A stretch of DNA of 64,000 nucleotides from Syntrophorhabdaceae bacterium (GTDB lineage: Bacteria; Desulfobacterota; Syntrophorhabdia; Syntrophorhabdales; Syntrophorhabdaceae). The notes under the pieces were generated by a model. It was not told the DNA's origin. It saw only the letters and a program-made list of their open reading frames with translations, and ran no database searches. Of the stretch, positions 18,146-27,694 are shown piece after piece. The first letter of the stretch is position 1. The number at the start of each line of letters is the position of its first letter. The position numbers were made by a program, and so were the translations under genes. Location of the stretch: positions 3,392,001-3,456,000 of the forward strand of contig OY762209.1 in NCBI GenBank assembly GCA_963665295.1, written 5' to 3'.

Positions 18146-18696
18146 CGGCGATTGTGATCCGCTAATGTCCCGGCGTGAGCCTTCACTATACTCTCGATGC
18201 TCTGGAGCGCGTCTTCCATGGTGCCCGTGTTGAGGATGTACTCGTCGGCAAGAGCTATTGCCTCGGCCGCTCCGTATTCGATCTCTCGCCTATCCCTTTC
18301 CTCGAAGGCTAAAGCCGAGTCATCCGGTCTGCCTCTCGATACTATCCTTGCCAACCGCGTTGCCTTCGGGGCCAAAAAAGCGATGACTACGCACGGTATG
18401 CGCCCGCGCACCAATTCGATCTCCGGCCACGAACGCATGCCCTCCATAAAAACAATGTCGCCCGGAGTTTCGAGGGCCGACGTGAGTACATGGCGTGTTA
18501 CGCCCATGCCGTCATCTCCCCGGAGTTCCGTGGAGACCATAGCCGTATTGGACGCGTCCGGCGTGAGACCCCGTCTGCTCACTTCCTTTCGCACCAGGTC
18601 GCCGGTGGAAAAATAGGGCAGCCCTTTTGACTCTGAATATATGCGGGCTATATTCTTGCCGGAGGCGGGCATGCCCACGACTATGAAGACTGTCAT
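18142..18696 (-). CDS. P-loop nucleotide kinase, UPF0200 (archaeal dephospho-CoA/NMP-kinase-like) family
   Basis: VVGMPASGK Walker A, EGMRS..E, RGRPDD and RDRREIEYG...IALADEYILNTGT; RBS aaagga before ATG 18696. Confidence 0.7.
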   Translation of the reverse strand: MTVFIVVGMPASGKNIARIYSESKGLPYFSTGDLVRKEVSRRGLTPDASNTAMVSTELRGDDGMGVTRHVLTSALETPGDIVFMEGMRSWPEIELVRGRIPCVVIAFLAPKATRLARIVSRGRPDDSALAFEERDRREIEYGAAEAIALADEYILNTGTMEDALQSIESIVKAHAGTLADHNRR

Positions 18697-18756
18697 GTGT
18701 CCATCCTTTCCCATGGTCTCCCCCTCACTGAATTTTGCCGGCATAGGTGGTAAAAG

Positions 18757-19123
18757 AAGGGGTAAACTATAAGCCGGGTTCTGTGGCCGGCTGACCGGCC
18801 GGTGATCATTTCTCTTGGATCCCGGTTACCCGGGATCTCTTGCGGCCTACCTGGGTTGAAGGACGGGCCATCCCCGCTGCCTTGCGGCAGCCCCCTGTTT
18901 GGCCTTGCATCGAATGGGGTTTGCAAAGCCACTTAGTCGCCTAAGTGCTGGTGAGCTCTTACCTCGCCTTTTCACCCTTACCGCCAGGACAAACCTGGTG
19001 AGGCGGTATGCTTTCTGTTGTACTTTCCTTAGGGTTGCCCCCAGCCCCCGTTAGGGGCCATTCTGCCCTTTGATGCCCGGACTTTCCTCAGACGCGACGC
19101 CTGCGATCACCCGTTTACCCCTT
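18757..19123 (-). ncRNA. rnpB: RNase P RNA, bacterial type A
   Basis: The minus strand contains GAGGAAAGTCCGGGC near the 5' end, GGTAAGGGTGAAAAGGCGAGGTAAGAGC, and ACAGAACCCGGCTTAT at the 3' end. P1 stem GGGGTAAAC/GTTTACCCC. Confidence 0.95.
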
Positions 19124-19517
19124 TTTTTACACCGTTTTTTGCGAGCTTATCCGCCACCCTGTTCTCTTCTCTTGGAATGTATTTCAAGGAAAACAGGTTG
19201 AAACTCCGCACAATAATTTTCGCAGTATTTACATATTCCCGCAAGCAGTCGTTGCGCACCTTGTACACGCCGTTGATCTGGTTTGCGAGAAGAAGGGAAT
19301 CCGTATAGACGTGAACCGATTCTACCTTTGATTCTCTGGCCTTTCGGAGGGCGCGAACCAGGGCTTCGTATTCCGCCATGTTGTTCGTCATGCATCCGAG
19401 GTAGGCACTCTCGCGGTATATCTCAGTTCCATTGCCGTTGAATGCCACTATACCGGCGCCCGAATCGCCGGGGTTACCCGATGACGCCCCGTCGATATAT
19501 ACGTGCCATTCGATCAT
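19107..19517 (-). CDS. rnhA: Ribonuclease HI family protein
   Basis: YIDGASSGNPG, TNNMAEYEAL, TDS.L and IPREENRVADKLA motifs. Confidence 0.92.
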   Translation of the reverse strand: MIEWHVYIDGASSGNPGDSGAGIVAFNGNGTEIYRESAYLGCMTNNMAEYEALVRALRKARESKVESVHVYTDSLLLANQINGVYKVRNDCLREYVNTAKIIVRSFNLFSLKYIPREENRVADKLAKNGVKKGVNG

Positions 19518-20230
19518 TCTTCTTCGTCTTCGATGAAGTAGAATATCCTGTTGCAGCTCGGACAGAGTATTACCTGACGGTTCTTAGTGGCCTCGATGAA
19601 AAGCTGGGGTGGTATGGTCATGAAACATCCCAGGCAGACCCCGTTCTTCACATTTACCACGGCCAGTCCATTTCTTCTTTCCAGGAGAGTCGTATAGGTC
19701 GACTTCAGGTCTTCATCGACCATGCTGAGCAGGGCATCTCTGGTTTTTGTGAGTTCGGCAACGACGGCGTCCACGGAACGGAGCTCCTCGTCGAGCTTTT
19801 TCCTCTCCGCCAATGCTTCCGTCTCCTTCTTTTTGAACTCCTTAGTGGCGGCTTCCAGGTCTTTTTTTAGCTCCTCGATCTTATCCATCAAAACGAGGAC
19901 TTCTTCTTCCGTCTTGTCGTTCGTTTCCTTGGTGGTTTCTATTTCCTTGAGCAATGCCTGGTATTCCTTGTTCGTCTTGACCTCGTAAAGCTTCGATTGA
20001 GTCTTCTTTGTTTTTTCCCTTTCTGCCTCGATCTCTTTCTCTTTCTTTCTCCGCTCTTTTTCGAGTTCTTCTATGACCGTCGTTTCTCGCGTGATCCTGT
20101 CGGTCAGTTCCTCCAGTGACGCATCCATTTCCCTTATCTTTTTCGGAGCCGACAGTATCTTCTTCTCATTCGCTATTATCTTGGTGCATATCTGCTGAGC
20201 TTCATATATCGTTTTCAGTTGCTGCTCCAA
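19514..20230 (-). CDS. Coiled-coil C4-type zinc-ribbon protein (DUF164/CT398-like)
   Basis: Long coiled coil, KTNKEYQALLKEI, C-terminal CLGC...CPSCNRI. Confidence 0.88.
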   Translation of the reverse strand: MEQQLKTIYEAQQICTKIIANEKKILSAPKKIREMDASLEELTDRITRETTVIEELEKERRKKEKEIEAEREKTKKTQSKLYEVKTNKEYQALLKEIETTKETNDKTEEEVLVLMDKIEELKKDLEAATKEFKKKETEALAERKKLDEELRSVDAVVAELTKTRDALLSMVDEDLKSTYTTLLERRNGLAVVNVKNGVCLGCFMTIPPQLFIEATKNRQVILCPSCNRIFYFIEDEEE

Positions 20231-20340
20231 TGTGTTCCCTCCAAAAAGTTAAGGGGGGTGAACCTCAATGGTTGCACCCCCCTGGATAAGTCAATTATGT
20301 TTTGTAGCAATACAATTGCGACATGACCTCTTTACTTTAA

Positions 20341-20413
20341 TGGGCCCACCTGGTCTCGAACCAGGGGCCTACCGGTTATGAGCCGGTGGCTCTACCAACT
20401 GAGCTATGGGCCC
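20341..20413 (-). tRNA. tRNA with CAT anticodon, most likely tRNA-Ile2 (lysidine-modified); CCA not encoded
   Basis: GGGCCCATAGCTCAGTTGGTAGAGCCACCGGCTCATAACCGGTAGGCCCCTGGTTCGAGACCAGGTGGGCCCA folds as a cloverleaf. The paired 1:72 position and absence of three consecutive G:C pairs at the anticodon-stem end argue against fMet. The acceptor stem resembles known Ile2 tRNAs. Confidence 0.9.
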
Positions 20414-20424
20414 TTTTGAGGAAT

Positions 20425-20453
20425 AGGATACCCGATGCCGTAGGTTTTGTCAA
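20425..20453 (-). promoter_or_regulatory. Sigma70 promoter for the tRNA/zinc-ribbon/rnhA/rnpB unit
   Basis: TTGACA (20453-20448), 17 bp, TATCCT (20430-20425), just upstream of the tRNA. Confidence 0.65.
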
Positions 20454-20610
20454 TAGCCGGAGCGAGCTTTTTTTCAGTAGTGGTAAGGGGTTGCGGCGCC
20501 GCGGATCGTCCGTGTCGCTTCATCACCTCAGTTCTCTTTATTATGTGCAAACCTTATGGTATTATTTATTAAAGGATACTTTGACCAAACAGGAAAAGCG
20601 TGGATCACGC

Positions 20611-22116
20611 GTGAATTTTAATCCGCACAGAGATCTCGATACGGTACGGTCGATTCTCGATTTCTTGCCCATGGGCGTCTACGTCGTGGATGGGGAGCGA
20701 AGAATCCAATGGGCCAACCATCGGACGCGACACCGCTTCTGCATGGAGAAGGATTTTCCGTGGGGCGACCCGCATTGCTACCAGAGCCTTTTCAAGCGCG
20801 AGAGCCCGTGCGCCGATTGCCCTGCCATGAGAACCCTCAAAACGGGGAGGACCGAGTACGAGGAGATAAAGAGTGAACACCAGGGCGAACTGAAGTACTA
20901 TCTGGTTACGGCGACGCCCCTGAGGAGGGACCGGAGCGCCTCGCAAACCCTCATCATAGAAACTATTCAGGATATTACGGACCAGAAACGGGCCGACGAG
21001 GCGCTGCGCCGTCTCGATGATATCAATAGCGCCATCATCAATAACGCGCCTGTGGCCATTTTTACCCTTGATAAGAGCGGGAAGTTCATAAGCGTGAACC
21101 CGGCCCTGGCAACCCTCTCGGGCCTGGGTGCTCAGGCCGAGGAGAAGCTCCTGGGCTTCAATTGGCTGGAGAACCCTTACACAGTGAGGAGCGGCCTTGC
21201 GGAGCGCATAAGGAATTGCCTCGCGGGTGAGCCCTTCGAGCTCCAGGACTTTCCATTTACCACTTACCGGGGAGACCGGGGGCAGTATATCCATGTCAGA
21301 GGGGTGCCCCTGAAAGGCAAGGGCGACAAGGTGGAAGGGATGCTCTGTATTATTGAGGACAATACGGAGAAGGTCAAGGCTCAGATTCAATCGATTCAGG
21401 ATGCAAAGATGTCGGTCATAGGGAGGTTGATGACAGGGGTCGCCCATGAGTTGAACAACCCCCTTGCGGCCATAGCCGCCAACACCGAGCTCGCCTGCGA
21501 TCTCTTCCAGAATGTGAAGGACGGCACGGTTGGGAAAGAAGAAATCGAGGAGCTTCGTGAATATCTTGAAGTCATTGAAGACCAGGCCTTCAGATGCAAG
21601 AATATTATCAAGGACATGATAGACCTGACAAAAAAAGACGGCTTCGAGGCCCTCGAAATAGATCTGGTCGCCATGCTTGATGAACTGCTTGAAGTGCTGA
21701 ACCTCAACAAATTGAAGATACGGCTTGTAAGAGATGTACCGCCGGACCTGCCTCCCGTGCGGGGCGACATAAACGCCCTCAAACAATGTTTCCTCAACAT
21801 CCTTCGCAACGCGACGGATGCCCTTGAAAGCAGGGATGCGGCAGTGATACGGGTCCGCGCGCAGCACCGGGACATCGGGGTCAGGGTCGAGATCGAGGAC
21901 AACGGGGTGGGCATTCACGATGGACTGGTGGATAAGATTTTCGAGCCTTTTTTTTCCACCAAAGACACGGGAAAGGGCGTGGGACTGGGCCTCACCCTGT
22001 GCTATGAGTTCCTCAAGAGGATGGGGGCGGAAATTGAGGTAAAGAGCGTACTGGGGAGAGGAAGTGTTTTCGTGGTGACCCTTCCTGTTTTTCAGGAAAC
22101 GAGCGGGGTTGAATAA
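20611..22116 (+). CDS. Cytoplasmic PAS-PAS sensor histidine kinase (start approximate)
   Basis: Two PAS domains, the first with HCY...PCADCP; H-box AHELNNPL, N-box NILRNA, DNGVG, FEPFFSTK and GVGLGL. The longer ORF start at 20386 overlaps the tRNA and is unlikely. Confidence 0.88.
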   Translation: MNFNPHRDLDTVRSILDFLPMGVYVVDGERRIQWANHRTRHRFCMEKDFPWGDPHCYQSLFKRESPCADCPAMRTLKTGRTEYEEIKSEHQGELKYYLVTATPLRRDRSASQTLIIETIQDITDQKRADEALRRLDDINSAIINNAPVAIFTLDKSGKFISVNPALATLSGLGAQAEEKLLGFNWLENPYTVRSGLAERIRNCLAGEPFELQDFPFTTYRGDRGQYIHVRGVPLKGKGDKVEGMLCIIEDNTEKVKAQIQSIQDAKMSVIGRLMTGVAHELNNPLAAIAANTELACDLFQNVKDGTVGKEEIEELREYLEVIEDQAFRCKNIIKDMIDLTKKDGFEALEIDLVAMLDELLEVLNLNKLKIRLVRDVPPDLPPVRGDINALKQCFLNILRNATDALESRDAAVIRVRAQHRDIGVRVEIEDNGVGIHDGLVDKIFEPFFSTKDTGKGVGLGLTLCYEFLKRMGAEIEVKSVLGRGSVFVVTLPVFQETSGVE

Positions 22117-22122
22117 TTTGCC

Positions 22123-23469
22123 ATGATACGGATTCTGATCGTCGATGACGAGCACCAGCTTGTGGAGGCATTCAGAAAGAAGCTTTCCAGGGAAGGTATG
22201 GATGTTTTTACCGCCCTGAACGGCAGAGAGGCTATTTCCATTATGAAGCAGGAAACCCTCGACATCGGTCTCTTCGATATGCGGCTCCCCGACATGGATG
22301 GAGTGGAACTCCTGGGAAGACTGAAAGAGATGCAGCCCACGTCCGAGGTGATTATGCTTACGGGCTATGCATCCGTGGATACCGCTATACGGTCCATGAA
22401 GCTCGGAGCCTACGATTACCTCACTAAACCGTGTAAGCTCTCGGAACTGCACAATGTGATACTCAAGGCTTACGAAAAGAAGCAGTTGAAGGAAAAGAAC
22501 ATCGTCCTGGAGGAACACCTTCAGCGCGTTGAACTCCATGACAGGTTTATCGGTGAAAGCAAAGAAATAAGAGAAGTAAAGAAGCTCATCTCGATAGTCG
22601 GCACGGCCAACGTCCCGGTTCTGGTCCTCGGGGAGACGGGCACGGGAAAGGAGCTTGTGGCAAGGGCCATCCACTCTGTTTCCATACGCTCCACAAATCC
22701 TTTTGTGGCGATTAATGCGAGTTGCCTGCAGGAAAGTATCCTCGAGAGTGAGTTGTTCGGCTACAAAAAAGGCGCCTTTACCGGGGCTCAGACAGATAAA
22801 GTGGGCCTTCTCGAAATCGCGAACAAGGGCACCTTCTTTGTTGACGAGATCGGGGACATGGGGCCTGCCATCCAGGCTAAACTGCTCAGAGTCCTCGAGA
22901 CCGCGGCCTTCAGGAAGCTCGGGGATACGAAAGAGATAAAAGTGGATGTCCGTTTCATTTTTGCCACCAACAAGAGCCTCGAAGAAGAAGTGGAGACAAA
23001 CAGGTTTCGAAAGGACCTTTTTTACAGGCTCAACACTTTCATCATCATGGTTCCCCCTGTGAGGGACAGGAAGGACGATGTCCCCGTCCTCGCAGAATAC
23101 TTTATGGACAAGTTCGCAAGGGGCGGGCCGAAAAAGAAAATATCCAGGCAGGCCATGGATCTGCTCATGGACTACCACTGGCCCGGCAATGTGAGGGAAC
23201 TGGCGAATGTCCTCGAAAGAGCTATTCTGGTTTCGGGAAAGAGAGACGAGATAGTCGGCAACGACCTTCCGCCCGGCATGATCCAGTCGCCGCCCGTGGA
23301 ACCGGAGAGCGTGAAACCGAGACTGACCCAGGACAAATTGCGACTGGACAAGATGGAAAAGGAACATATAGAGAGGGTGCTCAAGATGGCAGGGGGCAAT
23401 AAAAGCAAAGCTGCCCGCCTCCTGGGCATCAGTCGGAAAAAACTGTACGAAAAAATAGACGACAATTAA
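22123..23469 (+). CDS. Sigma54-dependent response regulator (NtrC family)
   Basis: Receiver domain (DD, D.RLPDMDG, KP), GETGTGKE, ESELFG, GAFTGA, WPGNVREL and Fis-type HTH. Confidence 0.95.
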   Translation: MIRILIVDDEHQLVEAFRKKLSREGMDVFTALNGREAISIMKQETLDIGLFDMRLPDMDGVELLGRLKEMQPTSEVIMLTGYASVDTAIRSMKLGAYDYLTKPCKLSELHNVILKAYEKKQLKEKNIVLEEHLQRVELHDRFIGESKEIREVKKLISIVGTANVPVLVLGETGTGKELVARAIHSVSIRSTNPFVAINASCLQESILESELFGYKKGAFTGAQTDKVGLLEIANKGTFFVDEIGDMGPAIQAKLLRVLETAAFRKLGDTKEIKVDVRFIFATNKSLEEEVETNRFRKDLFYRLNTFIIMVPPVRDRKDDVPVLAEYFMDKFARGGPKKKISRQAMDLLMDYHWPGNVRELANVLERAILVSGKRDEIVGNDLPPGMIQSPPVEPESVKPRLTQDKLRLDKMEKEHIERVLKMAGGNKSKAARLLGISRKKLYEKIDDN

Positions 23470-23553
23470 CGGCGGTCATTCGGGGATAAGGGCCGTATCC
23501 GGCCATAATCGCGAATCTGCCCCAACTCCTAATGTATATAAATTCGTGCAGAC

Positions 23554-23606
23554 ATGTGCAGTTTAGATACAGTTGTCCCCATGCCTTTATGTGCATTTTA
23601 GATACA
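23554..23606 (+). promoter_or_regulatory. Tandem enhancer-like (UAS) sites
   Basis: ATGTGCA(G/T)TTTAGATACA at 23554-23571 and 23589-23606, each TGT-N11-ACA, about 110-160 bp upstream of a sigma54 promoter. Confidence 0.65.
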
Positions 23607-23712
23607 CTCGGCAGCGTCTCACCCCCGGACTGAGAACACCTTTTTCTACCCTACTATCAAGTAAATAGGCTGATAGCCATTTTTCCCATGAGTCACCCGG
23701 TTGTTCTAAAAT

Positions 23713-23728
23713 TGGCACAGTAATTGCT
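23713..23728 (+). promoter_or_regulatory. Sigma54 (-24/-12) promoter
   Basis: TGGCAC-AGTAA-TTGCT, a match to the TGGCAC-N5-TTGC consensus. Confidence 0.85.
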
Positions 23729-23871
23729 ATACTGTTTATCATGACATCCACACAAAAGGGTCACTTCCTGCGAGAGACGGTGAAGATCGTGCCCGACAAA
23801 GACGGAGTGGACGACAGAACGAATGGAGTGAAGGTAAACTCCATTCATCAATGACTAAAGGAGAAAAGGGT

Positions 23872-25026
23872 ATGCCACTTTTTGCAGACACGCAGGACGA
23901 ACGGGATTTCAGGTTGGCTTTAAAGAAATTCGTTGCGAAGGAATTCACTCCTCACCGCGAGGAATGGGACAACAACAGGGGCGTACCCCGCGAGGCATGG
24001 AAAAAGATGGGCCAACAGGGCTTTCTCTGTGCCTGGCTCCCGGAAGAGTACGGCGGCGCCGGCGTCAACTTCAAGTATTCCGTCATAGTAGGCCAGGAAC
24101 TTATCAGGGGCGATGCGATGGGAATCGGCGTACCCAACCATCAGGACGTGGCCGTTCCTTACATCTATTCCTTTGGTTCCGAAGAGCTCAAAAGGAAGCT
24201 TTTGCCGAAAACCGCGTCAGGAGATGCCATAGCATGCCTCTGTGTCACCGAACCGAATACGGGCTCCGATGCGGCCGCCATCCGGACCAAGGCGGTGAAG
24301 GACGGGGACCATTACATTCTTACCGGACAAAAGACATTCATCACGAACGGCACCTTTGCCGACATTATGGTCGTGCTCTGCAAGGTTGAATCCCCGGGAA
24401 GTTCGGGCAAGAACATCAGCCTTCTTGTTGTTGAAGGAGACAGCCTGAAGTCCGTGCAGCGTCGCCAGTTGGAAAAGATGGGCCGTCATGCCACAGATAC
24501 CACGGAACTTTATTTTGAGGACGTGAAAGTGCCCGTGGGAAACCTTCTCGGCAACGAAGGGGAAGGCTTCAAGTACACAATGCAGAAATTTAACCAGGAA
24601 AGGCTTGAAGTCTGTATAAAATGCCAGACCTACGCAGAGGAGTGCTTCAAGGAGGCCCTCGAATACGCAAAGGTCCGCGAGGCTTTCGGCAAGCCTATTG
24701 GAAACTTTGAGCACATTTCTTTTGAGCTTGCCGAGATGGCTACGGACGTCGAGATCGGAAATACCTTTCTTCAGACCTGTGTCGAGGAGTTTGTAAGGGG
24801 AGAGGATATTACCAAAAAGGTGTCCATGGCAAAGGCGTGGCTTGCCGAGATGGCCAACAGGGTCGCCTATAAAGCGGTCCAGATCCATGGTGGGTATGGT
24901 TATATGGCTGAATACCGGATTTGTCGTCTGTACCAGGACGTCCGCGTTCTGCCGATCTTTGCGGGTACCACCGAGATTATGAAAGTTATCATTGCCCGCC
25001 AGTTGGGCTTGAAGCCTATTTTTTGA
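23872..25026 (+). CDS. Acyl-CoA dehydrogenase
   Basis: TEPNTGSD, GQKTFITNG, QERL, REAFGKPI, QIHGGYGY and IFAGTTEIMK motifs; RBS aaggag before ATG 23872. Confidence 0.93.
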   Translation: MPLFADTQDERDFRLALKKFVAKEFTPHREEWDNNRGVPREAWKKMGQQGFLCAWLPEEYGGAGVNFKYSVIVGQELIRGDAMGIGVPNHQDVAVPYIYSFGSEELKRKLLPKTASGDAIACLCVTEPNTGSDAAAIRTKAVKDGDHYILTGQKTFITNGTFADIMVVLCKVESPGSSGKNISLLVVEGDSLKSVQRRQLEKMGRHATDTTELYFEDVKVPVGNLLGNEGEGFKYTMQKFNQERLEVCIKCQTYAEECFKEALEYAKVREAFGKPIGNFEHISFELAEMATDVEIGNTFLQTCVEEFVRGEDITKKVSMAKAWLAEMANRVAYKAVQIHGGYGYMAEYRICRLYQDVRVLPIFAGTTEIMKVIIARQLGLKPIF

Positions 25027-25284
25027 ATGTGTTATGTTTAAGAAAAGACGCGGACCGCAGCCACCGGGCACAAAGGGCTCGGGATTTTGACAAAGCTGGG
25101 ACGGTCCATTCCGGAAAGAAGGCTTTACACGCATCCCGACTGCGGGAGGTCGGGATCGGGCCTGGTATGAGGGGCAACGGTGCAGGTTGAAGCGGGAACC
25201 TGGGCCCGGCCGCGGGCGAGGCGAAACTACCTGAATAGGGGAGAGGCTTTCCGGGAGTCTCAAGGCATTCCAAGGGAGGGTTCA

Positions 25285-26430
25285 ATGGAGTTGACATCGG
25301 AACAAAAAGACATTGTAAAGGCTGCCCGTGAATTTGCAGAAGGGGAGTTCAGGGACAGGGCCAGAGAATTCGACGAAAAAGAAGAGTTCGATATGGCGAT
25401 TTGGAAGCGGGCTGCGGAGAATGGATTCATAGGTTGTTTTATCAAGGAGGAATACGGGGGAATGGGACTCGGATTTCTCGAGCACAGCCTTATTACAGAG
25501 CAGTTGTGGCGCGTTGATCCGGGCTGCGGTCAGGCGCTCTGCGCCCTCAGTTTCGGTTCCGAGATGATACAGCAATTCGGGACTGAAGAACAGAAGAAGA
25601 AATATTTGCCACCCATACCCGCGGGCGAGGCGATCATAGCCTCTGCTATTACAGAACCCGATGCGGGCAGCGATGTGACCATGATTAAGACAAGGGCGGA
25701 GAAGAAGGGCGACAAATTTATCATCAACGGATCGAAGATGTTTATCACCAACGGCTGTACTGCACACTACGCCCTGGTTTACGCGCTTACCGACCCCGCG
25801 GCAAAGAACGCTCACAACAGGCATTCCGTCATTCTTGTGGAGACATCCACGCCCGGTTTTGAAGCAACGAAGATACACGGAAAGATGGGAATCAGGGCAT
25901 CGAATACCGCCGAGTTGAGCTTCAGCAATGTGGAAGTACCCGTGGAAAATGTGATCGGAAAGGAAGGTCGCGGCTTTTACCAGCTTATGGATTTTTTCAA
26001 CAAGACCAGGAACCACGTGGCGGCTCAAGGCGTCGGCGTTGCTCAGGGGGCCCTCGAAATGGCTATCTCCTATGTGAAGAAAAGGAAAGCTTTCGGAGGG
26101 ACGTTGTCGAAGTTACAAGGTGTCCAGTTCAAAATTGCCGAAATGGCCACAAGAATTGAAGCCGCAAGAAGCCTCTATTGGAGGGCTGCCTGGCTTCTCG
26201 ACCACGGAAAGCTCGACCCCGCGCTGGTCTCCATGGCCAAGTGGTTTGCCGGGGAAACGGCGGTATATGTAGCGAATGAGGCTTTGCAGCTTCACGGTGG
26301 CTATGGATATATTGCTGAATACGATATTCAGAGATTTTACCGGGATGCCAAGATTGTGGAGATATATGAGGGCTCGAAAGAAGTCGAGAAGGCGGTTATA
26401 GCAAGTGAACTATTGAAAAGGGTATTTTAG
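25285..26430 (+). CDS. Acyl-CoA dehydrogenase
   Basis: TEPDAGSD, NGSKMFITNG, QLHGGYGY and EIYEGSKE motifs; RBS ggagg before ATG 25285. Confidence 0.93.
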   Translation: MELTSEQKDIVKAAREFAEGEFRDRAREFDEKEEFDMAIWKRAAENGFIGCFIKEEYGGMGLGFLEHSLITEQLWRVDPGCGQALCALSFGSEMIQQFGTEEQKKKYLPPIPAGEAIIASAITEPDAGSDVTMIKTRAEKKGDKFIINGSKMFITNGCTAHYALVYALTDPAAKNAHNRHSVILVETSTPGFEATKIHGKMGIRASNTAELSFSNVEVPVENVIGKEGRGFYQLMDFFNKTRNHVAAQGVGVAQGALEMAISYVKKRKAFGGTLSKLQGVQFKIAEMATRIEAARSLYWRAAWLLDHGKLDPALVSMAKWFAGETAVYVANEALQLHGGYGYIAEYDIQRFYRDAKIVEIYEGSKEVEKAVIASELLKRVF

Positions 26431-26444
26431 GGCTGCACCCATCA

Positions 26445-26473
26445 GGAGGGAAGCCTCGCTGAGGCTTCCCTCC
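26445..26473 (+). terminator. Stem-loop after the second ACAD
   Basis: ggagggaagcctc-gct-gaggcttccctcc, a perfect 13-bp stem with no U-tract. Confidence 0.5.
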
Positions 26474-26665
26474 GCCCTCGACTTCTACGTTGGCGGGTCC
26501 CATACCACTTGAAAAGATGGCTGTGGGGTGTATCGAAACGATACAGACGCGTTTCGACGATGGATGTCGCCCGTGCTTAGATTATTGGAAGGTTGTGCGT
26601 TACGATAGTCCCGGCTTTGGTCAAACTACCAGGGACTATAACAAAATTAATTTTTTGGGGGTACC

Positions 26666-27694
26666 ATGAAACGTTTCAGTATTATCAGTCTTTTAGCAGT
26701 GTTCTGTGTTTCGGTGATGTGTGTGGTTGCGTCGGTCGGTTCTGCCGCCGAAGAGAAGGCCATTACACTCAGATTCTCTACGTTCTTTCCGCCCACTCAT
26801 CCATTGGCGGTTATTACCGCCGACTGGTGCAAGGAAGTTGAAAAAAGGACATCAGGAAGGGTCAAAATCCGCCAGTATGCAGGCGGAACACTGACACCGC
26901 CCGCCCAGACATACGACAGCGTGGTCCAGGGCGTAGTTGACGGCGGCAACATCGTCCTCGGTTACACCATGGGCAAGTTCCCCCTGTCCGAGGTCCTCGA
27001 TTATCCGCTCGGATACCCGAACGGAACCGTGGCGCATAAGCTGGCCAACGCCTATTATGCGAAGTTCAATCCCAAAGAGTTCAGCGAAGTGAAGCCTATG
27101 TATTTTGCGGGCCAGACACCCGGTATTCTCCACACCAGGAAACCGGTATACAAACTGGAGGACCTGAAGGGCATGAAGATAAGGACCTTCGGTTCAAACG
27201 CACGGTTCATGTCCCTCCTTGGCGGCGTTCCCGTTGCCATGCCTATGGGTGATGCCTATGACGCCCTTTCAAAGGGTGTTGCAGATGGTCTCCTTTGCGC
27301 AGACGAAGTCTTGAAGAGCTGGAAGATCGGCGAAGTGGTGAAGTATACCACCCAGAACTACGGCAGCGCCTATACGGCCATCTTTATCGTAGCATTGAAT
27401 AAGAACAAATGGGCAACCATAAAGCCTGAAGACCAGAAGATCATCGAGCAGATCAATGCTGAGTGGATCGACAGGTCAGCGAAAGTCTGGGAACAGATCG
27501 ACAAAGAAGGTCAGGCCTTTGCAAATCAGAGAGGTATTAAGGTTATCAAACTCTCCAAGGAAGAAGACGCCCGCTGGGCCGCAAAGGCGCAGCCTCTCTT
27601 CGAGGAGTACGTAAAGAACATGAAGGCGAAGAACCTTCCCGGCGACGAGGTGCTCAAGTTCGCCCGCGAATTCATAAAGAAGAACAGCAAGTAA
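26666..27694 (+). CDS. dctP: TRAP transporter substrate-binding protein, copy 1
   Basis: Signal peptide; EDLKGMKIR (conserved Arg) and PVAMPMGDAYDALSKGVADG motifs. Confidence 0.93.
   Translation: MKRFSIISLLAVFCVSVMCVVASVGSAAEEKAITLRFSTFFPPTHPLAVITADWCKEVEKRTSGRVKIRQYAGGTLTPPAQTYDSVVQGVVDGGNIVLGYTMGKFPLSEVLDYPLGYPNGTVAHKLANAYYAKFNPKEFSEVKPMYFAGQTPGILHTRKPVYKLEDLKGMKIRTFGSNARFMSLLGGVPVAMPMGDAYDALSKGVADGLLCADEVLKSWKIGEVVKYTTQNYGSAYTAIFIVALNKNKWATIKPEDQKIIEQINAEWIDRSAKVWEQIDKEGQAFANQRGIKVIKLSKEEDARWAAKAQPLFEEYVKNMKAKNLPGDEVLKFAREFIKKNSK

Noticed and set aside
18693..18932. 79-aa ORF
   Set aside because: Lies within the RNase P RNA gene.
20386..20610. N-terminal extension of the histidine kinase ORF
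   Set aside because: Overlaps the tRNA and its promoter on the opposite strand; the true start is likely near 20611.
20605..23367. 920-aa ORF on the minus strand
   Set aside because: Antisense shadow of the well-supported kinase and NtrC genes; no recognisable motifs.
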